A stretch of 37,195 nt of DNA from Halodesulfurarchaeum sp. Its GTDB lineage: Archaea; Halobacteriota; Halobacteria; Halobacteriales; Halobacteriaceae. Positions 9,090 through 18,765 of this stretch are shown one piece after another. A program made the position numbers and the translations under genes. The stretch is taken from the NCBI GenBank assembly GCA_042216015.1, contig JBDGUI010000010.1, positions 1 through 37,195 on the forward strand, in the 5' to 3' direction. Position 1 is the first letter of the stretch, and every line of letters begins with the position of its first letter. A model generated the notes under the pieces. The model did no database searches and was not told where the DNA came from. It was given only the letters and a program-made list of their open reading frames with translations.

Positions 9090-10732
9090 GTAGCCGCGAG
9101 GTAAACGTCGTCGATGGCGCCCTTCTGAAACCCCTGGTATTTCTCTCGTTGCCAATCGTCCTCTCCCAGATGTTGCAGGTCGGTTACAATCTCGCCGACA
9201 CGTTCTGGGTGGGGCGGGTCGGGCAGGAGGCCGTCTCCGCGCTCTCGTATTCCTGGCCGCTCGTGTTCCTGATGATCTCGATCGCCGGGGGACTCACGGT
9301 CGCCGGGACCGTCCTGGTCTCCCAGAACAAGGGGGCCGGTCGTGAGGACCGTGTCAATTTCGCCGCGGGACAGACGATCGCGTTCGTGATGGTCGTCGCC
9401 GCGGTCTTCTCCGTTGCCGGATGGCTCCTCACCCCCTGGCTCGTCGGGTTGATCGGCGCGACGCCGGGCTCGCTCGAGTACGAACTCGCCGTGGAGTACA
9501 CTCGAACGATCTTCCTCGGGGTCGTGTTCCTGTTCGGCTTCTTCATCTTCCAGGCGCTGCTCCGGGGGTGGGGTGACACCCGAACGCCGCTTTATCTGAT
9601 GGCCTTCGGGGTCGCGTTGAACGTCCTCCTCGATCCGTTCCTCATCCTCGGATTCCAGGGGAACGTGTTGCTTTCGGCCCTCGGGCTGAAGGGGCTCGAG
9701 TCGACCCTCTATGCGGCGACAGGATTTGCGGGCTTCGGGGTCCAGGGAGCGGCCATCGCGACGGTATTCTCGCGGGGTGTCGGGGCCCTTCTCGGGATGT
9801 ACTGGCTGTTCTCGGGATCGGTCGGCATCCACCTCTCGCGCTCGGATCTCAAGCTCCAACTCGGGATGGTTCGACGAATCGTCTCCCTCGGGCTCCCCTC
9901 GAGTGTCGAACAGTCGACCCGGGCGCTCGGGATCACCGTGTTGACGGCGCTCGTGGCGCTCGCCGGCGACGACGCGGTTGCCGCACTCGGTATCGGCAAC
10001 CGGTTGAACTCGCTCGTGTTTCTGCCCGCCCTGGGACTGGCACGGGGCACCGAGACGGTCGTGGGACAGAACCTCGGTTCCCAACAGGTCGCCCGCGCCA
10101 AGCGGGCCGTGGGCTACAGCAGCGCCATCGTCGCGGGCGTGTTGGCGGTGGCCAGTGTCTTCGCGTACGTCTTTGCCGAGCCGATCACTGCGGCCTTCAT
10201 CCCCGGGGAACCGAACGTGATTGCCATCGGCGCCGATTATCTGCGGATCATCGGCCCCACATTCCTGTTCATCGGCGTCTTTCAGATCGTCCAGGGGGCT
10301 TTCAGGGGGAGTGGCTCGACCAGGTTGGCGATGATTTTCGCGATTCTCTCACTCTGGGTGTTCAGGCTGCCGCCGGCCTTCGTGCTCCTCGACTGGTTCG
10401 GCATGGGCGAGACGGGCGTGTGGTACGCGATCGCGCTCTCGAACGTGCTCTCGATGCTCGCCGCCTCGCTTTACTTCTTCCGGGGAACGTGGACCGAGAG
10501 CGTCGTCGATTCGAGTGATACGGGAGATGACCGGGGCGCCTCGGCCGATTCGGGAGGTCCATCGACACCGGTTGACACGAAAATGGCGACGCCCGTTCCG
10601 CCGATCGCCGATACCCCACAGGAGGCCGCCGATTCCCGGACCGAATCGACTTCCGGCACTGCGGACACCGAGTCGACTGATGTCGCGTCCACCGGTGGAC
10701 GGGAAGCACCCGACTCGTCGAAATCCAGATGA
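9086..10732 (+). CDS. MATE family efflux transporter
   Basis: YNLADTFWVGRVG, LRGWGDTRTP, VGQNLG, FRGSGST; ~12 TM segments. Confidence 0.93.
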   Translation: MSSREVNVVDGALLKPLVFLSLPIVLSQMLQVGYNLADTFWVGRVGQEAVSALSYSWPLVFLMISIAGGLTVAGTVLVSQNKGAGREDRVNFAAGQTIAFVMVVAAVFSVAGWLLTPWLVGLIGATPGSLEYELAVEYTRTIFLGVVFLFGFFIFQALLRGWGDTRTPLYLMAFGVALNVLLDPFLILGFQGNVLLSALGLKGLESTLYAATGFAGFGVQGAAIATVFSRGVGALLGMYWLFSGSVGIHLSRSDLKLQLGMVRRIVSLGLPSSVEQSTRALGITVLTALVALAGDDAVAALGIGNRLNSLVFLPALGLARGTETVVGQNLGSQQVARAKRAVGYSSAIVAGVLAVASVFAYVFAEPITAAFIPGEPNVIAIGADYLRIIGPTFLFIGVFQIVQGAFRGSGSTRLAMIFAILSLWVFRLPPAFVLLDWFGMGETGVWYAIALSNVLSMLAASLYFFRGTWTESVVDSSDTGDDRGASADSGGPSTPVDTKMATPVPPIADTPQEAADSRTESTSGTADTESTDVASTGGREAPDSSKSR

Positions 10733-10833
10733 AGACCGTCAGTCTCGGATCGGATTGCCGCCTCCGGTCTCTGTCGGCCCGACTGCCCGGGTGAAGGGCC
10801 ACGTTTTTGACGCTTCGCGGCTGAAATCGGACA

Positions 10834-12621
10834 ATGGCGCCATCGTTTCGCTCCCTCCTCCGGGCTGGATACGAGCAGCTCGTTGCCGATCTTCGAATCG
10901 ATCCATCTCTTCGGTATATTCTCCTCCTCGCTGTGGGACTCTCGCTGTTCGGAATCTGGCATCGGATTCCCAACTTCGCGACGCGTGACGAATTCAGCCG
11001 AATTCTCGACGCGCTCGTCCCGTACGCCCGTGTGCTGGAAGACCCCAGTTTCGACAGTCTCCGCGCCGGCGTCTGGGGTCGGGCTCCGTTCGGAGCGACG
11101 ACGCTGCTTTACGGACTGCTCTTCCTCCCGCTCGTCGGATGCGCGGTGGTGACGGGCCACGGCGAGGCGTTCTCGGCCCTCGCGCACCCGGCCTGGGAGT
11201 TCGGTTTTTACAAGCCGTGGCATAACACGCCAGCGTGGGTCTGGACCTGGACGATCACCCTCGTTCGCCTCGCAAACGTCGCCTTCGCGATCGGCAGTGT
11301 CTATCTCACCTACCGGCTCGGGGTCGAACTGGCAAATCGCTCGACCGGGCGATTGGGGAGTCTCCTCCTGACGCTCACCTTCGGGTTCCTCATGATAGCC
11401 CACGAGGGGGGCGAGGACATGCCGGCCACCTTCTTCGTCCTGCTTGCGATACTCCTCCTCGTCGAATACGTCAATCGGGGAAGGGGGTGGGCCTTTCTCG
11501 GGGCGAGTGCGGCGGGTGGGCTGGCGATCGGGTTCAAGCTTACCGCGGTTCCGGTGATCGTGGTGATCGGACTTGCCTTCCTGCTTCGAACGCTTCGAGC
11601 GGGGTCGGGACCGATTCTCGAACGGATCGACTATCGACTCGTGATTTCCGGAGCCCTGCTCGGGTTGCTCGTCATCTTCGCGAGTTTTCCCACGGCCCTG
11701 GTGGGCCGGCTCGACCTCGTCGTCGAGCGGATCTTCGCCGGATCGATCTCCCGGGCGACCCATATGACCGGACCCACCGCACCCATCCTCTGGTGGTTCC
11801 TCCGCGGATACGTCAGTGCGCTCGGCTTGCCGCTCTTTGTCGCCGCGGTTCTGGGGGTGGGCGCGAGTATCTGGCACCTGCGGCGACGGCCACCTGGTGC
11901 GCGGATCGCCCTGCTGGTGCTCGCTGGGCTCGGCACCTACCTCCTCCTCTTCTCGACCTGGCATGACTTTCGCGTTCATCACCTGCTTCCGACGTTCCCG
12001 CTCGTCGCGATCATGCTCGGCTGGTCCCTGAGTCGCCTCCGCGGTCGCGCTCCAGCGTTGGGGCGTGGGGCCATCGCGCTCGTGGTGTTCACCTCAGCGC
12101 TCTATGCCGGTGTCGGCGTCGCCGGATACGCCGACATGCCACGGGATCGGGCCGTCGAGTGGCTCGAAACGAACGCCGATGAGGACGCGGTCATCGAAAC
12201 TTACCGTCGGAGCCTGCAGGATACCGCCATTCCGCACTCGATGAACGTCACTCACGCCTATGGATCGCATGGAACCGACGAGCAGTTGGATCCGTGTCCG
12301 ACCTACATTCAACTGGGGTACCGAGATCTGCTCTATCTGAAGGAGGGGACGTACTACCGCAATGGCCCGGTCAGGGCGAATTACGTTCGGAAACTTCTCG
12401 AGGGGGAGTTCGGGTACGAGATCGTCGCGGAGTTCGGTCACAGACCGAAGAACTTCGTGCCGGATCGGCCCAAATCGGGGAACTACGTCGACCTCCTCGA
12501 ACTGGGAATCCATCCACACTCGGACCAGTACGCCGACGAACAGGAACTCGCAGAGAACCAGTACACGGTGATTCTCGAGCTGACCGGCGAGTGCGATCGG
12601 TCCCGATATCCACCATTCTAG
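10834..12621 (+). CDS. ArnT/PMT-like GT-C membrane glycosyltransferase
   Basis: DE motif in the first external loop (PNFATRDE), RLANVAF...YLTYRLG, GLAIGFKLT, many TMs and a soluble C-terminal domain. Confidence 0.82.
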   Translation: MAPSFRSLLRAGYEQLVADLRIDPSLRYILLLAVGLSLFGIWHRIPNFATRDEFSRILDALVPYARVLEDPSFDSLRAGVWGRAPFGATTLLYGLLFLPLVGCAVVTGHGEAFSALAHPAWEFGFYKPWHNTPAWVWTWTITLVRLANVAFAIGSVYLTYRLGVELANRSTGRLGSLLLTLTFGFLMIAHEGGEDMPATFFVLLAILLLVEYVNRGRGWAFLGASAAGGLAIGFKLTAVPVIVVIGLAFLLRTLRAGSGPILERIDYRLVISGALLGLLVIFASFPTALVGRLDLVVERIFAGSISRATHMTGPTAPILWWFLRGYVSALGLPLFVAAVLGVGASIWHLRRRPPGARIALLVLAGLGTYLLLFSTWHDFRVHHLLPTFPLVAIMLGWSLSRLRGRAPALGRGAIALVVFTSALYAGVGVAGYADMPRDRAVEWLETNADEDAVIETYRRSLQDTAIPHSMNVTHAYGSHGTDEQLDPCPTYIQLGYRDLLYLKEGTYYRNGPVRANYVRKLLEGEFGYEIVAEFGHRPKNFVPDRPKSGNYVDLLELGIHPHSDQYADEQELAENQYTVILELTGECDRSRYPPF

Positions 12622-13652
12622 TCCCCGCGGGCGAGTCGAGAGAGGTCGAGTCGCGCGGTCGGGATCCAGCCGAGGAGCGCGGGCAGGTAGATCCCGAAGA
12701 TCCGATCGACGAAGACGATGGGAACGATGACCGATCCGGGAATGCCGACGGTGATGAACACGGCCGTGGCCGTGGCCTCGGTGACTCCAATGCCCCCCGG
12801 GGAGATCGGGAGGAGGGTCACACTGTATCCGGCGAGGAGGTAAAGCGGCAGCAGGAAGGCCGGCTCGAACTCGATCCCGAACGCGGAGAGCATGAGCCAG
12901 ACGCGGACCCCGGGGGCCACGAGCAGCACTACCCCCCAGCTCACTGCATACCTGATCCAGACGCGGCGATTGGCGGAAAGTTCCCTGAAGGCCTGCGTCG
13001 ATGCCTCGGTGAAGTCAGTGAGGCTCCTGACCCACTCGGCCCCCCTCGGCCCGACCCGTGGAACTCGCTTCAGGACCGTTGCGATTCCGGACACGATCGG
13101 TTCGAGCAGCCGGAGATTCGTCCCCGCGAGGAGCACGACACCCCCGGCAAGCAGGTAGAGCGCAGTCGAGATGACCAGCAGGGCGAGCAATCCGGCGGAT
13201 GGCGTCTCCCGGATGGCGATCGCGAGAACGCCAGCGGTCGAAACGATTCCATAGAGGACCGCATAGATCCCGGTGTGAACGCCCGAGACGGCGGCCGCCT
13301 CCGGGTAGTCCATACCGGTGTTGGCCCGGATCACGAAGGGTGCGGCGACCCGACCGGAGAGCCTCGAGGGCAGGAGCTGATTGATGAAGTTCACCGCGAG
13401 TGAGATGCTCGCGACGGTCCGGACTCTCACCGACCGAATCGGTTGGAGTACCGCCTTCCACGTCGTGAACTGCGCGAGTGCGCCGAGCAGACTCAGCCCA
13501 ACGATCACGAGGGCAGTCGGGAGGCCCACCCCGGCGAGCCGACGTGCGGCCTCGACGAGTGCGACCTGGCTGAGTAACCAGCCCAGTGCGAGCACGGCAA
13601 TCGAGTACTGGACGATCGTGAACGCGAGCTGTCTGGGGGTGCGGGAGGTCAT
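12618..13652 (-). CDS. LPG-synthase TM-domain (UPF0104) flippase-like protein
   Basis: FINQLLPSRLSG, PISPGGIGVTE and VFVDR family motifs. Confidence 0.85.
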   Translation of the reverse strand: MTSRTPRQLAFTIVQYSIAVLALGWLLSQVALVEAARRLAGVGLPTALVIVGLSLLGALAQFTTWKAVLQPIRSVRVRTVASISLAVNFINQLLPSRLSGRVAAPFVIRANTGMDYPEAAAVSGVHTGIYAVLYGIVSTAGVLAIAIRETPSAGLLALLVISTALYLLAGGVVLLAGTNLRLLEPIVSGIATVLKRVPRVGPRGAEWVRSLTDFTEASTQAFRELSANRRVWIRYAVSWGVVLLVAPGVRVWLMLSAFGIEFEPAFLLPLYLLAGYSVTLLPISPGGIGVTEATATAVFITVGIPGSVIVPIVFVDRIFGIYLPALLGWIPTARLDLSRLARGD

Positions 13653-14524
13653 CGGTCGGGGCGCTCACGTGGGTTGCCGCGGTGCGGTTCGTTGGCCATG
13701 TCACTCGATTCGAGAACGCTCCGTGCGGTACGGAACTCGAAGTTCGTGTCCAGAATCCGCTCGATCGCCCGTCGCATCCAGTTGCCCGTGTGCCAGTAGA
13801 CCCGTTTCGGGACCCCCTCGATCCGTGGCAACTCGACCAACTCCCACGGGTGGACGTAGAGGATCGGGGCAATCCCCCGGTTCGCGAGGCGTCTCATCCC
13901 AAGGATCGTGTACCGGGGGCCGAAAAAGCGGAGCCACGTCCCGGTGAGTGGAAGTCGGAGGCCCGGCATGACGCTCACGGGAAGTTCGGCCACCTGCTCG
14001 GGGGCATCCGGTTGGACCGCCGTCGCGGGTGCCGGGCTGGTCAGCTCGTACTCACCACCGTACCAGCCAGGGATCGAGCGGCTGGCGATTACGCTCGAAT
14101 CGTAGTCGTATCCCGACTTTTCGAGTGCCTCGAAGTGTCCGTCACCGAAATCGAAGGCCGGTGCACGGAATCCCGTCACGCGCGCGCCCGTAATTGTTTC
14201 AAGAATCGCCTTCGACTGTTCGAACTCTTCTGCCCGTTCGGCCCCATCGAGTTCGCTCAGTAGTCGATGGCTCCGCGTGTGCGAGGCGATCTCGTGACCC
14301 GACTCGGGTAGCTCCTCGAGTGCCCCTGGATGGTCCTCAGCCACCTCCCCGACGGTGAACCAGGTCGATTTGACACCCGCAGATTCGAAGGCTTCCTGGA
14401 GAAATTCGGCCCCCGAGAGTCCCACGTCCGGATCCGAGAGGCTGCCCTCGGCGTTCCGATAGGCCGGGGTGTGCGAGAAGAGCTCGAAGTCGACGGAGAG
14501 AACGGCCGCCGGTCGGTCAGTCAT
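13649..14524 (-). CDS. Polysaccharide deacetylase (CE4/NodB-like, DUF3473-type)
   Basis: LSVDFE, HEIASHTRSH, GFRAP, YDSS and YVHPWE catalytic motifs. Confidence 0.9.
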   Translation of the reverse strand: MTDRPAAVLSVDFELFSHTPAYRNAEGSLSDPDVGLSGAEFLQEAFESAGVKSTWFTVGEVAEDHPGALEELPESGHEIASHTRSHRLLSELDGAERAEEFEQSKAILETITGARVTGFRAPAFDFGDGHFEALEKSGYDYDSSVIASRSIPGWYGGEYELTSPAPATAVQPDAPEQVAELPVSVMPGLRLPLTGTWLRFFGPRYTILGMRRLANRGIAPILYVHPWELVELPRIEGVPKRVYWHTGNWMRRAIERILDTNFEFRTARSVLESSDMANEPHRGNPRERPDR

Positions 14525-14870
14525 CCCGCTCCTCGAGGTCGGCTTTCAGCAGGCTGACCTCCTCGTTGAGACGGGAGACCTGCTCGTAGAGCCTGGCGAT
14601 GCGATGCAGGAGATAGATGGCCAGCACGAACAGCGTCAGGTTCGACATCACGAGGATCGCCCGGGCCTTCAGTTTGAGGCCCAGCACGTTCGCGACGACC
14701 TGGAAGAAATCCGGGAAGAGCGCCACGAATAGCAGCCCCCCACCGACGAAGAGCGAGGTGAGAAAGAGGGTCATGTCCTCCCGACCCCGACGAACCATCC
14801 GATACCCGTTCACCAGGAAACCGACACCGACGAGAAACGCGATCAGGTTGACGACGGTGTATTCGACCAT
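14517..14870 (-). CDS. DUF2304-family membrane protein
   Basis: Three TMs, ALFP...ANVLG, C-terminal coiled coil RLNEEVSLL; directly downstream of a GT2 gene. Confidence 0.8.
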   Translation of the reverse strand: MVEYTVVNLIAFLVGVGFLVNGYRMVRRGREDMTLFLTSLFVGGGLLFVALFPDFFQVVANVLGLKLKARAILVMSNLTLFVLAIYLLHRIARLYEQVSRLNEEVSLLKADLEERDD

Positions 14871-14872
14871 GG

Positions 14873-15565
14873 TCAGCGAAAGAGGAGCACCCTGAGGGCG
14901 ACGTCGGTCATCCGGAGTGGGTACATGACGAACGTTTCGAGGGTGAACTGTGACTCGCCCTCGACACGGGTCGGGATCCTCGTCGACACCTCGACGATGG
15001 TCAGGTCTCTTCTTGCGGCTTCGAGTGTCTGTTCGACCGCCCAGTGTGCATCGGAGTGATGGAGGATCGAATCCAGCGCGTCGACACGGTAGACCCGAAA
15101 TCCGCTCGTCACGTCCGTGAGCTCCACGTCGCCGAGGACGTTGACCCAGCCGGTGAAAAATCGGATCCCGAGCTTCCGAACCGGCGAGTACTCCTCGAAA
15201 CTCTCGTTGAGATAGCGACTCCCGATGACCATGTCGGCATCCTCGGCTGCCGTGAGCAGCCGAGGGATGTGGGCCGGGTCGTGTTGCCCGTCGGCGTCGA
15301 CCTGGACGACGAAGTCGAAATCGTGCTCGATGGCGTAGCGATACCCCGTCCTGACGGCCCCACCGACGCCGGTGTTGAACGCATGCTCAAGGACGGTTGC
15401 CCCGTGTTCCCCGGCGATGTTGGCGGTGTCATCCCGCGAGCCATCGTCGACGACCACCACCCGGTCAACGTGCTCTCCGGTTCCGTCGACGACGGTCCCG
15501 ATGGTGTCGGATTCGTTGTACGCGGGGATGACGGCGAGTCTCCGCACTACTTGAGAGAGTGCCAT
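14873..15565 (-). CDS. GT2 polyprenol-phosphate glycosyltransferase (DPM/ArnC/PpgS-like)
   Basis: IPAYNE, VVDDGSRD, NTGVGGA, QVDADGQH, IGSR, DVTSGFR. Start ATG 15565 or GTG 15568. Confidence 0.92.
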   Translation of the reverse strand: MALSQVVRRLAVIPAYNESDTIGTVVDGTGEHVDRVVVVDDGSRDDTANIAGEHGATVLEHAFNTGVGGAVRTGYRYAIEHDFDFVVQVDADGQHDPAHIPRLLTAAEDADMVIGSRYLNESFEEYSPVRKLGIRFFTGWVNVLGDVELTDVTSGFRVYRVDALDSILHHSDAHWAVEQTLEAARRDLTIVEVSTRIPTRVEGESQFTLETFVMYPLRMTDVALRVLLFR

Positions 15566-15651
15566 CACGTCACTTAGAAGTTATGTTCCACCGACCGACG
15601 GCGCGCTCGTGGGACGAAAGGAAATTGAGGCTTCGCCCCGATCATTCGACA

Positions 15652-17196
15652 ATGACACGAACGTTCGTTCTCGGTCTCGACGGTGCGAGCTGGCGATTGC
15701 TCGACCCCTGGATCGAGGCCGGAGCACTGCCGAACCTCGAATCCCTTCGTGAGTCGGGCTCGTGGGCCGGAACCCGAAGCACGCTCCCGCCAGTGACCTT
15801 CCCCAACTGGAAGTCCTATTCCTCGGGGAAGAATCCCGGACAGTACGGCGTCTACTGGTTCGAGCGCGTGGACCTCGATCGGGGGTCGATCGACGTGGTC
15901 GACGGGAGCGATTTCGACACGGCCGAACTCTGGGACTATCTCAACGAGGCCGGACGGCGGACGGGGGTCATCAACATGCCGACGATGTATCCACCGCGGG
16001 AGATCGACGGCCCGATCGTCTGTGGCGGCCCCGACGCCGCCGAGGGCGAGTACCGCTCGATCGAGAGCGGGTACACCCAACCCCCGGAGCTGGCAGCCGA
16101 ACTCGAGGACCGCTTCGACTATCGGGTGCATCCCGACCCACTCATCTCGAGCAACGAGGAACGCGGGAAGGAAGTCGAAGCCATTCTGGACCTGCTCGAT
16201 ACCCACTTCGAGACGGCACTCGCCCTCTTCGAGGAGGAAGACCTGGAGTTCGTCCATCTCACGCTTTTCTACCTCAACGTGCTCCAGCACTTCTTCTGGG
16301 ATGGGGAACCGACCAAGCGGGCCTGGCTCTCGATCGACGATTGGCTGGGCGAACTCGATTCCCTCGAGGACACGAACGTCGTCCTCATGTCCGATCACGG
16401 CAGCGCGCCGACTCAGACGGAGTTCTACGTCAACGAGTGGCTCGCCGAAAACGGGTACCAGGCCCGAACCCGGACCATCGAGGACGTGCTCAGACCGCTC
16501 GGCCTCGATCGGGAGACAGTTCTCGCGGTCGCAAAGCGCCTCGGTCTCGTCGAGACCCTCGCCCGACTCGTGCCCGAGGGACTCCAGCGACTTGTCCCCC
16601 AGGCAGACGGTCTCAAGCGCCAGCGGAAACTCGAGGCGATCGAACTCGATCGAACCCGGGCCGTCGCGAGCGGGCAGGGCCCGATCTACCTCAATCCAGC
16701 CTTCGACGTCGAATCGGTCCGGGAGGAACTGCTTTCGGACCTTCGTACCGTGACAGACGAACACGGACCGCTGTTCGAGGGCGTCCACCGGGGCGAGGAC
16801 GTCTACAGCGGTTCGTCCGTCGATTCGGCGCCCGAGATCGTCGTCGATCAACGGCCGGGCGTTCACGTCAACGACGGAATCGGCGGCGGGGTCGTGCAGT
16901 CCGGACCCGACCGGTGGGCTGCAGAAAACACCCCCTACGGGATCTTCGTCGCGAACGGTCCCGCCTTCGAGGAACGTGGAGAACTCGACCGGATCAGCAT
17001 CCTCGATATCGCCCCGACCATCCTCGCCTCACACGGGGTCGCCGTTCCGACGGACATGGACGGAACGGTCCTTCCGATACTCGCGGGGGACTCGGACGTG
17101 ACCCACCGGGATCCAATTCGCCTCGAAGGGCGGTCGGGCAGTGACGAACAGGAGACCGTGGAAAAGCGGCTTCAGCAGCTGGGATACATGGAGTAA
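15652..17196 (+). CDS. Alkaline-phosphatase superfamily (NPP/phosphodiesterase-like) protein
   Basis: LGLDGA, PPVTFPNW (Thr nucleophile region), MSDHG, ILDIAPTIL, RLQQLGY C-terminus. Start ATG 15652. Confidence 0.87.
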   Translation: MTRTFVLGLDGASWRLLDPWIEAGALPNLESLRESGSWAGTRSTLPPVTFPNWKSYSSGKNPGQYGVYWFERVDLDRGSIDVVDGSDFDTAELWDYLNEAGRRTGVINMPTMYPPREIDGPIVCGGPDAAEGEYRSIESGYTQPPELAAELEDRFDYRVHPDPLISSNEERGKEVEAILDLLDTHFETALALFEEEDLEFVHLTLFYLNVLQHFFWDGEPTKRAWLSIDDWLGELDSLEDTNVVLMSDHGSAPTQTEFYVNEWLAENGYQARTRTIEDVLRPLGLDRETVLAVAKRLGLVETLARLVPEGLQRLVPQADGLKRQRKLEAIELDRTRAVASGQGPIYLNPAFDVESVREELLSDLRTVTDEHGPLFEGVHRGEDVYSGSSVDSAPEIVVDQRPGVHVNDGIGGGVVQSGPDRWAAENTPYGIFVANGPAFEERGELDRISILDIAPTILASHGVAVPTDMDGTVLPILAGDSDVTHRDPIRLEGRSGSDEQETVEKRLQQLGYME

Positions 17197-17214
17197 TCGA
17201 AAGGGTGGGTCGTC

Positions 17215-17475
17215 TCAATCCTCTGGGGTCAAATCGGGGCGTTCGGGTGCATCGATTTGGGGCTGTCGACGTTCGAGGAGGAGCCAGGCGACGCCGGCGA
17301 GGGCAACGAGAACGGCCTGGATACGCACGGCGGCAACGTACCAGGTCCGGGGTTCGAGGTCCGTCGCGTTTTCGAAGCCAGGTCCGAGCAGCACCCGTTT
17401 GGTCCAGTCGATGAGCGCTTCGGGAAAGAGGGCACCGAGCGTCCCGAGGGTCACGACGGCGTACTGTGGACGCAT
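17215..17475 (-). CDS. Small membrane protein
   Basis: 86 aa with two hydrophobic segments and an FEN...LEPR..Y..A.R pattern seen in haloarchaeal hypotheticals. Confidence 0.65.
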   Translation of the reverse strand: MRPQYAVVTLGTLGALFPEALIDWTKRVLLGPGFENATDLEPRTWYVAAVRIQAVLVALAGVAWLLLERRQPQIDAPERPDLTPED

Positions 17476-17593
17476 ACGAAATGGTAGCCGGTGATCCCAC
17501 AAAAACCATTCCCCTCGTGCTTCGGGTCGGTGGAACCATCACCTCTTTCTGAACGTGCTTCTCCGCCAGAAAGATTCCCTCGACGTGCGTCCT

Positions 17594-17752
17594 CTAGGGG
17601 AACTTGTCGCGGCCGTAACTGTCCGATTCCATCTCGCAGTTGCCGTCGGCGTCGATCACCAGCCGGCCCGAGTACCCACATGTCCGGGAACTGTTGTACT
17701 TGCAGCTCGTGTTCATGCAATCGACGGCCTTTCGATTGTCCCCGATGCTCAT
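17594..17752 (-). CDS. 52-aa four-cysteine protein (DUF1540-like)
   Basis: MSIGDNRKAVDCMNTSCKYNSSRTCGYSGRLVIDADGNCEM; Cx4Cx7Cx13C spacing. Confidence 0.5.
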   Translation of the reverse strand: MSIGDNRKAVDCMNTSCKYNSSRTCGYSGRLVIDADGNCEMESDSYGRDKFP

Positions 17753-17852
17753 GGTTCTCCGTAGAGCGCACACGGTCTTGAATGTCCGTGTTACTGATTG
17801 GCAATGCCCGACCGGGCAAACCATGAAGGGGGCTCCCCGTTGAGCATGAACC

Positions 17853-18746
17853 ATGTGCGATCGGGTCATCCTGGCGATCGATTCGAGCGATGAATCGAGA
17901 CGTGCGGCCCGAACTGGCATCGAACTCGCGGGGATCCTGGACGTCCCCATCGAGGTCGTGCACGTGCTCGAACGATCGCTGCTCGACGCCCTCCGCTCCT
18001 CGGGCGATCGGGACCAGATCCGCGGAGAACGCCGCGAACTCCTCGCGGAGGTCGAGTCGATGGCCAAGGATCGGGGGATCGAATCCACGTCGAAGCTCCT
18101 CGAGGGGCGACCGGCCGACCGGATCGAATCCGTCGCCACGGAGCGGTCCGATCCGGTCATCGTCCTCGGGAGGCAGGGCCGGTCCTCTATCTCTCGACGG
18201 GTCCTCGGCGGAGTCACCGAAAGGGTTCTTGGATCTGCCGTCGCACCCGTCCTGGTCGAACCAGGGGACGGACCCGATGAGCCGACACTCCCACCATCAG
18301 CGATACTCGTGCCGACCGATGGGAGCGAGAACGCCGAACGGGCATTCGAGCAAGTGGCGGAACTGGCCGGCGAAACCGGTGCGAGGGTTCACGTTCTGTC
18401 GGTACTCGACCTCCAGCAGTCAGGTGGTGTCTTCGACGCCGGCGGGCTGGATCCCGAGTTCGTGAATCGACAGGAGGAGGTGAGCCGAAACGCCGTCGAA
18501 TCGGGTCGAGAACGCCTTCTCGCCCTCGACCCGTCGATCGAGGTCAGCACCGATCTCGAACGGTCGTCCGACTTCGACGGCGTCTCCGGGGTGATCGCGA
18601 GCTACGCGGACTCCCGTGACATCGATCTCATCGTGATGGGGTCCCACGGCCGGTCGAATGTGAAGCGACAGGTGCTCGGGAGCGTCACGGCGACGGTGAT
18701 CCGCTCCGTCAACGTGCCGGTCCTGGTCGTGCCCCGGGAAGTTTGA
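17853..18746 (+). CDS. Tandem-domain universal stress protein
   Basis: ILAIDSS...GRQGR...LGGVTERVL and ILVPTDGS...DLIVMGSHGR...LGSVT. Confidence 0.93.
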   Translation: MCDRVILAIDSSDESRRAARTGIELAGILDVPIEVVHVLERSLLDALRSSGDRDQIRGERRELLAEVESMAKDRGIESTSKLLEGRPADRIESVATERSDPVIVLGRQGRSSISRRVLGGVTERVLGSAVAPVLVEPGDGPDEPTLPPSAILVPTDGSENAERAFEQVAELAGETGARVHVLSVLDLQQSGGVFDAGGLDPEFVNRQEEVSRNAVESGRERLLALDPSIEVSTDLERSSDFDGVSGVIASYADSRDIDLIVMGSHGRSNVKRQVLGSVTATVIRSVNVPVLVVPREV

Positions 18747-18765
18747 GGGAAACGAAACTCCCCGG

